From Malacoraja senta (taxonomy: Eukaryota), in NCBI GenBank assembly GCA_038087875.1, contig JAXLNO010000606.1:1-36110 (forward strand): a stretch of DNA of 36,110 nucleotides, written 5' to 3'. The notes beneath the pieces are model-generated. The model searched no databases. It saw only the letters and a list, made by a program, of their open reading frames with translations, and was not told the DNA's origin. A program made the position numbers and the translations under genes. This document shows positions 23,965 to 34,182 of this stretch, one piece after another; within the stretch, counting starts at the first letter, position 1, and every line of letters begins with the position of its first letter.

Positions 23965-26900
23965 GAACTCTTGGTTTGAAAATGGAAATGATGGTTTGGT
24001 TTGAAAATGCAAATGATGGTTTGGTTTGAAAATGCAAATGCTGGTTTGGTTTGAAAATGCAAATGGTGGATTGGTTCGAAAATGCTAAAGGTTTGGTTTG
24101 AAAATGCAAAAGGATTGGGTTGAAAATACAAAAGTTGTTTTGCTTGAAAATGCGAAAAATGTTTTGCTTTGAAAATGCAAAAGGTGGTTTGCTTTGCAAA
24201 TGCAAAAGATGGTTTGCTTCGAAAATGCAAATACCGGTTTGCTTCGAAAAGGCAAATGGCGGTTTGCTTCGAAAATGGAATTGTTTTTGCTTTGAAAATG
24301 CAAACGGTGGTTTGCTTTGAAAATGCCAAAGGTGCTTTGCTTTGAAAATGCAAAAGTTGTTTGCTGTGAAAATGCAAAAGTTGGTTTGCTTCATACAAAA
24401 GGTGGTTTGCTTTGAAAATGCAAAAGTTGGTTTGCTTTGAAAAAGCAAAAGGCGGTTTGCTTTGAAAATGCAAAAGGCAGTTTGCTTTGAAAATGGAAAA
24501 GGTGGTTCGCTTTGAAAATGATAAAGGTGGTTTGCTTTGAAAATGCAAATGGTGGTTTGCTTTGAAAATGCAAAATGTGGTTTGCTTTGAAAATGCAAAA
24601 GGAGGTTTGCTTTGAAAGTGCAAAAGGTGGTTAGCTTTGAAAATGCAAAAAGATTTGTTTTGAAATTGCAATAGATGGTTTGCTTTGAAAATGCAAAAGG
24701 TTTGCTTTGAAAATACAAAAGGTTTGCTTTGAAAATGTAAATGGTGGTTTGCTTTGAAAATACAAAAGGTAGTATGCTTTAAAAATGCAAAATGTGGTTT
24801 GCTTCGAAAATGCAAAATGTTTGCTTTGAAAACGCAAATGGTTTGCTTTGAAAATGCAAAGATTTGCTTTGAAAATGCAAAGATTTGCTTTGAAAATGTA
24901 AAAGGTTTGCTTCGAAAATTCAAAAAGATCCTGAAAATGCAAAAGGTGGTTCCGTTTGAAAATGAAACAGGTTTGTTATGAAAATGCAAATGGTGGTTTG
25001 GTTTGAAAATGCAAATGGTGGTTTGTTTTGAAAATGCAAATGATGGTTTGGTTTGAAAATGTAAATGCAGGTTAGGTTTGAAAATGCAAATGGTGGATTG
25101 GTTCTAAAATGCTAAAGGTTTGCTTTGAAAATACAAAAGGATTGGGTTGAAAATGAAAAAGTTGGTTTGCTTTGAAAATGCGAAAATTTTTGCTTTGAAA
25201 ATGCAAAAGGTGGTTTGCTTTGAAAATGCAAAAGGTGGTTTGCTTTGCAAATGCAAAAGATGGTTTGCTTCGAAAATGCATATGGCGGTTTGCTTCGAAA
25301 AGGCAAATGGTGGTTTGCTTCGAAAATGGAATTGGTTTTGCTTTGAAATGCAACCGGTGGTTTGCTTTAAAAATGCTAAAGGTGGTTTGCTTTGAAAATG
25401 CAAATGGTGTTTTGCTTTGATAATGCAAAAGGTGCTTTGCTTTGAAAATGCAAAAGGTGCTTTGAAAATGCAAAATGTTTGCTTTGAAAATGCAAAAGGT
25501 TTACTTTGAAAATGCAAAAGGATGGATTGGAAAATGCAAAAGGTTTGCTTTGAAAATGCAAAATGTTTGCTTTGAAAATGCAAATGGTTTGTTTTCAAAA
25601 TGCAATTGTTTGCTTTATAAATGCAAAAGGTTTACTTTGAAAATGCAAAATGTTTGCTTTGAAAATGTAAAAGGAGGTTCGGTTTGATAATGCAAAAGGG
25701 GGTTCGGTTTGAAAATGCAAAAGGAGGTTCGGTTTGAAAATGCAGATGGTGGTTTGGTTTCAAAATGCAAATGATGGTTTGGTTTGAAAATGCAAAAGAT
25801 TTGGTATGAAAATGCAAAAGGATTGGATTGAAAATGCAAATGGTGGTTTGGTTTGAGTATGCAAAAGGTTTGCTTTGAAAATGCAAAAGGTTTGCTTTGA
25901 AAATGCAAAAGGTTTGCTTTGAAAGTGCAAATGAAGGTTTGGTTTGAAAAAGCAAATTGTGGTTTGGTTTGAAAATTCAAATGCTGGTTTGGTTTGAAAA
26001 TGCAAATGGTGGTTTAGTTTAAAAATGCAAATGCTGGTTTGGTTTGAAAATGCAAATGGTGGTTTGGTTTGAAAATGCAAAAAGTTTGGTTTGAAAATAC
26101 AAAAAGGATTGGTTTGAAATTGCAAAAATTGGTTTGCTTTGAAAATGCGAAAAATGTTTTGCTTTGAAAGTGCAAAAGGTGGTTTGCTTTGAAAATGCAA
26201 ATGGTGGTTTGCTTCGGAAATGCAACAGTTTGCTTCGAAAATGCAAATGGTGGTTTGCTTTGAAAATGCAAAAAGATTTGCTTTGAAAATGCAATAGATG
26301 GTTTGCTTTGAAAATGCAAAAGGTTTGCTTTGAAAATGCAAAAGGTTTGCTTTGAAAATACAAAATGTTTGCTTTAAAAATGCAAATGGTGGTTTGCTTT
26401 GAAAATACAAAAGGTAGTATGCTTTGAAAATGCAAAATGTGGTTTGCTTTGAAAATACAAAGGGTGGTTTGCTTTAAAAATGCAAAAGGTGGTTTGGTCT
26501 GAAAATGCAAAAAGGTGGTTTGCTTTGAAAATGCAAAATGTTTGCTTTGAAAATGCAAATGGTTTGCTTTGAAAATGCAAACATTTGCTTTGAAAATGCA
26601 AACATTTGCTTTGAAAATGCAAAAGGTTTGCTTCGAAAATGCAAAAAGTATCCTGAAAATGCAAAAGGTGGTTCCGTTTGAAAATGAAAAAGGGGGTTCG
26701 GTGGTATGGTTTGAAACTGCAAATGGTTTGAAAATGTAAATGTTGGTTTGGTTTGAAAATGCAAATGGTGGTTTTGTTTGAAAATGCAAATGGTGGTTGG
26801 GTTTGCAAATGCAAAAGATTTGGTATGAAAATGCAAAAGGATTGGATTGAAAATGCAAATGGTGGTTTGGTTTGAGTATGCAAAAGGTTTGCTTTGAAAA

Positions 26901-29482
26901 TGCAAAAGGTTTGCTTTGAAAGTGCAAATGAAGGTTTGGTTTGAAAAAGCAAATGGTGGTTTGGTTTAAAAGTTCAAATGGTGGTTTGGTTTGAAAATGC
27001 AAATGGTGGTTTGGTTTGAAAATGCAAATGCTGGTTTGCTTTGAAAATGCAAATGGTGGATTGGTTCGAAAATGTTAAAGGTTTGGTTTGAAAATGCAAA
27101 AGGATTGGGTTGAAAATGCAAAAGTTGTTTTGCTTTGAAAATGCGAAAAAAGTTTTGCTTTGAAAATGCAAAAGAAGGTTTGGTTTGAAAATGCAAAAGG
27201 TGGTTTGCTTTGGAAATGCAATATATCGTTTGCTTCGAAAATACAAATGGCGGTTTGCTTCGAAAAGGCAAATGGCGGTTTGCTTCGAAAATTGAAATTT
27301 TTTTTGGCTTTGAAAATGCAAACGGTGGTTTGCTTTAAAAATGCTAAAGGTGGTTTGCTTTGAAAATGCAAACGGTGTTTTGCTTTGATAATGCAAAAGG
27401 TTTGGTTTGAAAATACAAAAGGTTTGCTTTGAAAATGCAAATGGATGGATTTGAAAATGCAAATGGTGGTTTGCTTTGAAAATGCCAAAGGTGCTTTGCA
27501 TTGAAAATGCAAAAGATGTTTGCTGTGAAAATGCAAATGGTGGTTTGCTTCATACAAAAGGTGGTTTGCTTTGAAAATGCAAAAGGTGGTTTGCTTTGAA
27601 AATTCAAAATGTGGTTTGCTTTGAAAATGCAAAAGTTGGTTAGCTTTCAAAATGCAAAAAGATTTGCTTTGAAAATGCAATAAATGGTTTGCTTTGAAAA
27701 TGCAAAAGGTTTGCTTTGAAAATACAAAAGGTTTGCTTTGAAAATGCAAATGGTGGTTTGCTTTGAAAATACAAAAGGTAGTATGCTTTGAAAATGCAAA
27801 ATGTGGTTTGCTTTGAAAATACAAAGGGTGGTTTGGTTTGAAAATGCAAAAGGTGCTTTGCTTTGAAAATGCAAAAGGTGCTTTGAAAATGCAAAATGTT
27901 TGCTTTGAAACAGCAAATGGTTTGTTTTCAAAATGCAAATGTTTGCTTTAAAAATGAAAAAGGTTTACTTTGAAAATGCAAAATGTTTGCTTTGAAAATG
28001 CAAATGGTGGTTTGGTTTGAAAATGCAAATGATGGTTTGGTTTGAAAATGCAAATTGTGGTTTGGTTTGAAAAAGCAAATGGTGGTTTTGTTTGAAAATG
28101 CAAATGGTGGTTTTGTTTGAAAATGCAAATGGTGGTTGGGTTTGAAAATGCCAAAGATTTGGTATGAAAATGCAAAAGGTTTGGACTGAAAATGCAAATG
28201 GTGGTTTGGTTTGAGTATGCAAAAGGTTTGCTTTGAAAATGCAAAAGGTTTGCTTTGAAAATGCAAAAGGTTTGCTTTGAAAGTGCAAATGAAGGTTTGG
28301 TTTGAAAAAGCAAATGGTGGTTTGGTTTGAAAATGCAAATGCTGGTTTGTTTTGAAGATGCAAATGGTGGTTTGGTTTAAAAATGCAAATGCTGGTTTGG
28401 TTTGAAAATGCAAATGGTGGTTTGGTTTGAAAAAGCAAAAAGTTTGGTTTGAAAATACAAAAAGGATTGGTTTGAAATTGCAAAAAGTGATTTGTTTTGA
28501 AAATGCGTAAAAATGTTTTGCTTTGAAAATGCAAAAGGTGGTTTGCTTTGAAAATGCAAATAGTGGTTTGGTTTGAAAATGCAAAATGTGGTTTGCTTTG
28601 AAAATGCAAATGGTGGTTTGCTTTGAAAATGCAAAAGGTGGTTTGCTTTGAAAATGAAAAAAAGGTTTGCTTTGGAAATGCAAAACGTTTGCTTCGGAAT
28701 TGCAACAGTTTGCTTCGAAAATGCAAATGGTGGTTTGCCTTGAAAATGGAAAAGGTGGTTCGCTTTGAAAATGCTAAAGGTGGTTTGCTTTAAAAATGCT
28801 AATGGTGGTTTGCTTCGAAAATGCAAAATGTGGTTTGCTTTGAAAATGCAAAAGGTGGTTTGCTTTGAAAGTGCAAAAGGTCATTTGCTTTGAAAATGCA
28901 AATGGTGGTTTGCTTTGAAATTGCGAAAGGTGGTTTACTTTGAAAATGCAAAGGCAAGTGCGGTTGTTTTGAAACTGCAAAGGCAAGTGCGGTTGTTTTG
29001 AAACTGCAAAGGCAAGTGCGGTTGCTTTGAAAATGCGAAGGCAAGTGATTAAAAGTCAAATCTTGACCACTTCCTGTTTGCACTCTATATTGATTTTAGA
29101 AAAATCGCTACCTTTTACGGCTGGGATTTTTGGAGAGATGGTGCTGATTGCGTCATTTCCGGTGAGTTCAGGGGTGGCGCTCAGTGCGGAAGGGCCAAAG
29201 TGGAGACGCCGCCCTGAACCATTTGAGTACTTTAAGAGAGCTCACTGCCATACATATGGTGAGTGTGTGTGTTTGTTGAAAGCTATTTAAAGCACGGTTT
29301 CGCAGTAGCAGCAGCTCGAGAGGAGTGTTTTAGAATAAAAAAGGCTTTAAACATTTGAATCATTTGGTTTAGACACATCTGTGTTCTTATTTTCAAATTA
29401 CTTACATAGAATATATGGTTAGTAACAGGATTCAGTATGCTTACCACGTTCTGAAGTTATTTGGCTGTTTAGTATTGGTGCT

Positions 29483-29730
29483 GTGTGTGAGTGTGTGTCT
29501 GTGTGTGTATTTGTTTGTGTGTGTGTGAGAGAGTGTGTCTATTTGTTTGTGTGTATGTGTGCGTGTCTTACTGTATGTGTGTGTGTGTTTGTGTGTGTCT
29601 TTGTGTTTGTGTGTATGTCTGTGTGTGTTTCTGTGTGTGTTTCTGTGTGTGTGTCTGTCTGTGTTTGTCTGTGTGTGTGTGTCTCTCTGCGTGTGTCTGT
29701 GTGTGTGTGTGTCTGTGTGTGTGTGTGTCT
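29483..29730. repeat. Degenerate (TG)n microsatellite
   Basis: Direct inspection. Confidence 0.95.
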
Positions 29731-30035
29731 CTGTTGGAGTGCGTGGAGTGCAGTGGGGTTGGAATTGCTGCCCGCATCCTGCTTGGAGTGCTGTGGGGTT
29801 GGACTTACTGACTGCACTATGCTTGGAGTGCTGTGGGGATGGACTTACTGCCTGCACTATGCTTGGAGTGCTGTGAGGTTGAATTTGCCGCCTGCACTCT
29901 GCTTGGAGTGGGGTTGGATTTGCTGCCTCCACTCTGCTTGGAGTGAGGTTGGATTTGCTGCCCGCACTCTCCTTGGAGTGAGGTTGGATTTGCTGCCTCC
30001 ACTCTGCTTGGAGTGCTGTGGTGTTGGACTTGCAA
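29731..30035. repeat. 40/35-bp minisatellite (GCTTGGAGTG[CTGTG]GGGTTGGATTTGCTGCCYGCACTCT), about 8 copies
   Basis: 40-bp units start at 29781, 29821 and 29861. 35-bp units start at 29901, 29936 and 29971. Confidence 0.9.
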
Positions 30036-30570
30036 TGTTTTAAGACTCGTTCACATTTTAAACTTTAATAAATCATTTTTCCACTTGCCATGTCTGCGTG
30101 TTCTTCAACACAATGGGTACCTAATAGGCAGGAATGCCTGCGCTGTCGGAGAGCCACTTAGAGTGCCAGGGGGAGGGGGGAGGTTGAGGGGAGATGGACT
30201 GAATGTGAGTGTGGGGCGGAGGCGAATGGCAAGGAGCAGAGTTGTGGAGTGACGGGAGGAGGGGTAACTGAGTGAACTGCCACCACACCAGCTGTAATTG
30301 ACTGAAGTGCCAGCCCACCAGCCGTGACTTCACTGAACTGTAAGTCCAAGAATCCATTCAGTCTACATTGTCCATACTATCCCTCTGGAAATCAATCCCT
30401 TCAGCCCACAACACCCATACTAGCGCTCCAGAGATCCACGCAAGGATAGACGTTCCTCCTTCATGCTGTGATCTGTAAAAAGAGATGAAAATGTCTAAAA
30501 TCGGTAGTCCACCCTCTCCTCCTTCTTTCTCACAGACTCTGTCACCTGTTTTCAGTAGAATTTCTGGCAC

Positions 30571-30708
30571 TTTCTGAGCTGCCAGCCCACCAGGCCTGAG
30601 TTTCTGAGCTGCCAGCCCACCAGTCCTGAGCTTCTGAGCTGCCATCCCACCAGGCCTGAGTTTCTGAGCTGCCATCCCACCAGGCCTGCGTTTCTGAGCT
30701 GCCAGCCC
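30571..30708. repeat. 30-bp minisatellite (TTTCTGAGCTGCCAKCCCACCAGGCCTGAG), about 4.6 copies
   Basis: Units at 30571, 30601, 30631, 30661 and 30691. Confidence 0.95.
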
Positions 30709-30841
30709 AAGAATACATTCGGGCCACAAAACCGATGTTAGAAGTCCAGAAGCCCCCCCCCCCCCCCCACTGGCCAGCAATATTGGAATTGGTGGAGAGG
30801 TGGAAAATTGCTTTGGGGGACCAGCCCTCCCGTGTGAAGCG

Positions 30842-30869
30842 GGGACCCAACGGGTCCCACTTAGCCTAG
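30842..30869 (+). mobile_element. Helitron 3' terminus (hairpin plus CTAG)
   Basis: Perfect 7-bp stem GGGACCC-AAC-GGGTCCC, a 7-nt spacer, then CTAG followed by T. Confidence 0.75.
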
Positions 30870-31135
30870 TGTACTTATACAAGAAGAAGTTTGGATGGAT
30901 ATCTTACTGTTTTTACTACTACAATAAAGAAACTATTAATCAAGAGACTGTGTTTGGAAGAATTCCCTTTCGACGGCATTGAATGTCTCGGGGAGAGCTC
31001 GTGAGTGAGTTTCGATTATCTCCTCAACCCCTGTCTTCAATCAGAGTGACTAAAGGAAAGAATCCTTGAAACGATATGAAAATCTGTCACTATAAGTATT
31101 ACCCCAGATTTCTACCCCAGTGTGTCACGCTATCA

Positions 31136-31449
31136 GTACTGCTCCACAGTGTGTCCCTCCATCAGTACCACTACAGTGTGTCCCTCCATCAGTACCACCA
31201 CAGTGTGTCCCTCCATCAGTACCACCACAGTGTGTCCCTCCATCAGTACCACCACAGTGTGTCCCTCCATCAGTACCACCACAGTGTGTCCCTCCATCAG
31301 TACCAGCACAGTGTGTCCCTCCATCAGTACTACTCCACAGTGTGCCCCTCCATCAGTACCACCACAGTGTGCCCCTCCATCAGTACCACCACAGTGTGTC
31401 CCTCCATCAGTACCACCACAGTGTGTCCCTCCATCACAGTACCACCACA
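31136..31449. repeat. 27-bp minisatellite (CACAGTGTGTCCCTCCATCAGTACCAC), about 11 copies
   Basis: Direct inspection. It gives the HHSVSLHQY / VPPQCVPPS pseudo-ORFs. Confidence 0.95.
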
Positions 31450-31689
31450 ATTTGTCACTGCGTTAGTTCGGCCCCATTTTTGTCCATCCATCAGTTCTAT
31501 TCCACTGTATGTCACCCCATCAGTGGGCGGAGAGAGGGCAGCCCAGAGAGGGGGAATTGAGAGCGTAGGAGAGAGAGTAACAGTTCAGAGAGAGTGACAT
31601 CAGTAAGGATGGAGGGAGAGAGAAAGAGAGGAGGGAGAGGTGCTGCATCATTCGCTGTTTTATTTAGGTTGAGGACAATTCTGAGGCGG

Positions 31690-31905
31690 CAATGTTTCTG
31701 TTCTCTGAGTGTCGTGAGTCTTTGGGTCGTTCTTCCACAGAGGTGATGAAGGAAGGCGGAGAATGTTATTGTCCCATGGTATAGTCAGATCTATTCCAGG
31801 CAAGCAGGGAATGAATGGTTACCGGGGTCAGTCAGCGGGAGTGTGGGGTTGAGGTCGCAGTCAGTGAAGCCGCGATCATATTGAGTGGTGAAGCAGAGTG
31901 GAGGG
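31690..31905 (+). mobile_element. Highly decayed CR1-type LINE 3' remnant
   Basis: Loose similarity to the other LINE tails (CTGAGTGTCGTGAGTCTTTGG..CTTCCACAGAG..GGGGTTGAGG..GCCGCGATCATATTGAGTGG). Confidence 0.4.
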
Positions 31906-32342
31906 ATGGGGGGGAATTTTAGTCCGAGGTGATGTGTTGATCTAATTCCTCAACCTGTGGACAAAGGTCGCCCCAGTCCTGTCCACCTCCACACTGGGCA
32001 CCAGAAGCCCTGAGAGGGTCCTTGGAATTTGGCATTGCCTTGCTGAGTGAAACGGATTGAAGCAAACCAGACAAACAACATGAGGTGGAGAGTTGGATCT
32101 GATGGAGTTTGAAACAATATCCCCTTTGCTGGAACAATGCCGCCGCTCCCAATTTCCATCCCTCAGTATCTATCGCCACAATTCCCCAGTCTTTGGAGTT
32201 TCTCAATCAATTCCCTGATTAAATCACAACCTGTCTCAGCAGGGATTTCACTCGGCTGATGTCATCTGTTTGTGAATCATTTCAAAATCTCTATTTTTAA
32301 ACTCTGTTGAAACTTCACTGTCCCGGTGGAGACGGAAAATGG

Positions 32343-32349
32343 TATAAAA
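32343..32349 (+). promoter_or_regulatory. Candidate TATA box of the GPCR gene
   Basis: TATAAAA lies 87 bp upstream of the exon-1 ATG. Confidence 0.45.
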
Positions 32350-32429
32350 TCTCCAGGAATGTTCTGTCCCAGCATTTCATTCCGAGACATTACAGGTAGC
32401 TCACGGGGACACGTCGCTGGGCAGAGAAT

Positions 32430-32505
32430 ATGGAGCAGCATCTTTATGAATATTACGCCGTGGAGAAAATCGTGTACGTGATCATTGCTGCCGTTGGAGT
32501 CCCTG
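32430..32505 (+). CDS. GPR139-like class A GPCR, coding exon 1
   Basis: Not in the ORF track. Reads MEQHLYEYYAVEKIVYVIIAAVGVP plus G, then donor GTAAGT at 32506. Phase 1 matches the acceptor TTCCGCAG|TG at 34929, giving GVPVNLVAIVIL (TM1 with conserved Asn). Confidence 0.85.
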
Positions 32506-33198
32506 GTAAGTGAGCAGAACAATTCAAGTTTTATAACTCCATCCGTGTGTTAACTGGTGTTGACCTGATTCTCATCATGTTACAAGTTCCCAACTGATGA
32601 TCGTTGTACAAGAATATGTGAAGAATATCAATCCTCTCAGTGAAATATTTGTGAATTAACTCTGCTGTGATTTGTCTTATTTCCAGACAGCTGAAACGAT
32701 CCCTCTTTTTCTCTCACTGCTGCCGGCCGGGAGCCACTAGAATGTTGTACTTGCCTTCAGTGGGACCTTGCCCAGAGTTGTCCCAGTGCTCGGGACAGGC
32801 AGGCAGGCAGGCAGGCAGCTCTCCGGGACGGTGTGACTGGGAGAGAGGGGTTCACATTGTGAAGTTCACTGTGTCTGAGTTATTGATCAGAGTGAACACC
32901 CGCTCCTGTGGACACTGTGTCTCACTGTGGAGTCTGTCTGTCACAGTTGGATTCCACCCACCGCCTGTTGGTCAATAATTGGATCGATCTCCTGAACCAG
33001 TGGCCGCGGATCTACCGGCGTGTGTGTGTGTGTTGTTACTTCACCTGCACCATCTTGAGTCTGCTGAGATTAGCCGCTGTATGTCTAAACTAACCCGACT
33101 AACTCCCCCCCCCCTGTCTCTGTGCTTTGGTACATATATCCCACACCATCCATACATGGGGATAATAGGTTGCATTCCTGGCACCGTCTGGATTTCGT

Positions 33199-33377
33199 GT
33201 GTGGGAAAGAACTGCAGATGCTGGTTTAAATCGAAGATAGACACAAAGTGCTGGAGTAACTCAGCGGGACGGGCAGCATCTCTGGAGAGAAGGAATGGGT
33301 GACGTTTCGGATCAAGACTCTTCTTCAGTCCCATTCCTTCTCTCCAGAGATGCTGCCTGTCCCGCTGAGTTACTCCG
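33199..33377. mobile_element. Palindromic non-autonomous element (Penelope-like/MITE-like), copy 1
   Basis: Inverted arms 33253-33299 and 33330-33376. The loop reads CTGAAGAAGAGTCTTGATCCGAAACGTC on the minus strand. Confidence 0.7.
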
Positions 33378-33551
33378 CTTTCTGCGTCGACCGTCAGGAC
33401 CAGAAGGGGTGGACTCTCATTTGCAACAATTGGCCTCTGCTTCAGGAGGGAAGTGTGAAAGGCACCTTGTGTGGGGAGGGAGAGAAAGAGGAATATCAGG
33501 GATATTGGAAATGGCGGCCATTGTAGTGCATTCTTCCCCCAGCTTTACCTT

Positions 33552-33807
33552 TACCTTTAGAAAGGAGATGAGGAGGAATTTCTTTAGACAGAGGATGGTG
33601 AATCTGTGGAATTCATTGCCGCAGACGGGGGTGGAAGCCAAGTCAATGGATAGTTTTAAGGCGGAGAGTGATAGATTCTTGATTGGTGCGGGTGTCGGGG
33701 GGTTACGGGGAGAAGGCAAGAGAATGGGGTTGAGAGGGAAAGATAGATCGGCCATGATTGAATGGCGGAGTAGACATGATGGGCCGAATGGCCTAATTCT
33801 GCTCCTA
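33552..33807 (+). mobile_element. CR1/HER1-type LINE 3' fragment
   Basis: FRKEMRRNFFRQRMVNLWNSLPQ, then tail GGGCCGAATGGCCTAATTCTGCTCCTA. Confidence 0.85.
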
Positions 33808-33829
33808 CGAGCTGCACTCTTGTGTAAAG

Positions 33830-34030
33830 CGTTTAAGAAGGAACTGCAGATGCTGGAAAATCGAAGGTAGACAATGCTGGAGAAACTCAGCGGGTGAGGC
33901 AGCATCTATGGAGCGAAGGAAATAGGTAAGTATTTCCAGTCTGAAGAAGGGGTTCGGCCCGAAACGTTATCTGTTTCCTTCCTTCCATAGATGCTGCCTC
34001 ACCCGCTGAGTTTCTTCAGCACTTTTGTCT
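33830..34030. mobile_element. Palindromic non-autonomous element (Penelope-like/MITE-like), copy 2, with 14-bp flanking direct repeat
   Basis: Inverted arms ~33867-33926 and ~33969-34032. The loop contains CTGAAGAAGGGGTTCGGCCCGAAACGTT. ACTCTTGTGTAAAG occurs at 33816-33829 and 34031-34044. Confidence 0.8.
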
Positions 34031-34182
34031 ACTCTTGTGTAAAGTCCTTTCCGAGTAATTTCCCTTATCTGTGCTGAATGCTAACCTGGTTCTGGAAGGA
34101 CAGAGTTTGGGGATAATGCAATAGGTGAAGTAGTTTGCATCAAGAAGCCATTGGGATAACCTCAGTGGAAGCTTGAGAGTGA

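Larger units (their letters stand above)
21914..23971 (-). mobile_element. 5' half of a CR1-group (L2/Crack-like) LINE: 5'UTR, ORF1 and APE endonuclease part of ORF2
   Basis: GC-rich 5'UTR starting GAGTTCCAAGATGGCGGC, then ORF1, then ORF2 with APE motifs. Truncated after PSRITSHC, where satellite resumes. Confidence 0.9.
3776..29046. repeat. Satellite array of 21-25 bp monomers with irregular higher-order structure, interrupted by TE inserts
   Basis: Monomers are GAAAATGCAAAAGGTGGTTTGCTTT (25), GAAAATGCAAATGGTGGTTTGGTTT (25), GAAAATGCAAAAGGTTTGCTTT (22) and GAAAATGCAAAGATTTGCTTT (21), all in one orientation. The left edge is sharp after ACTAG. At the right edge the array drifts to a ~28-bp variant (AAAGGCAAGTGCGGTTGTTTTGAAACTGC). 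Confidence 0.98.
29048..30869 (+). mobile_element. Putative non-autonomous Helitron carrying internal tandem repeats (left boundary uncertain)
   Basis: Canonical 3' terminus at 30842-30869. The left boundary is inferred only from the end of the satellite, and no 5' TC terminus was seen. Confidence 0.45.

Noticed and set aside
3780..29046. CRISPR-like array
   Set aside because: Monomers are contiguous with no unique spacers, there are no cas genes, and the context is eukaryotic.
3766..29083. Long minus-strand ORFs (up to 497 aa) of HFQSKPPFAFSKQTTFCIFKANHLL repeats
   Set aside because: The reverse complement of the monomer has no stop in any frame. The 25-bp period gives the same peptide in all three frames and indels are frame-blind, so these are satellite artefacts.
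31076..31597. His-rich / Cys-Pro repeat proteins
   Set aside because: Translations of a 27-bp minisatellite that is open in most frames, with no splice or gene context. The same applies to ORFs at 938-1216 and 30358-30882.
32359..32361. Upstream ATG as the GPCR start
   Set aside because: It is 71 nt before ATG 32430, out of frame with exon 1, and only 10 nt after the TATA candidate.
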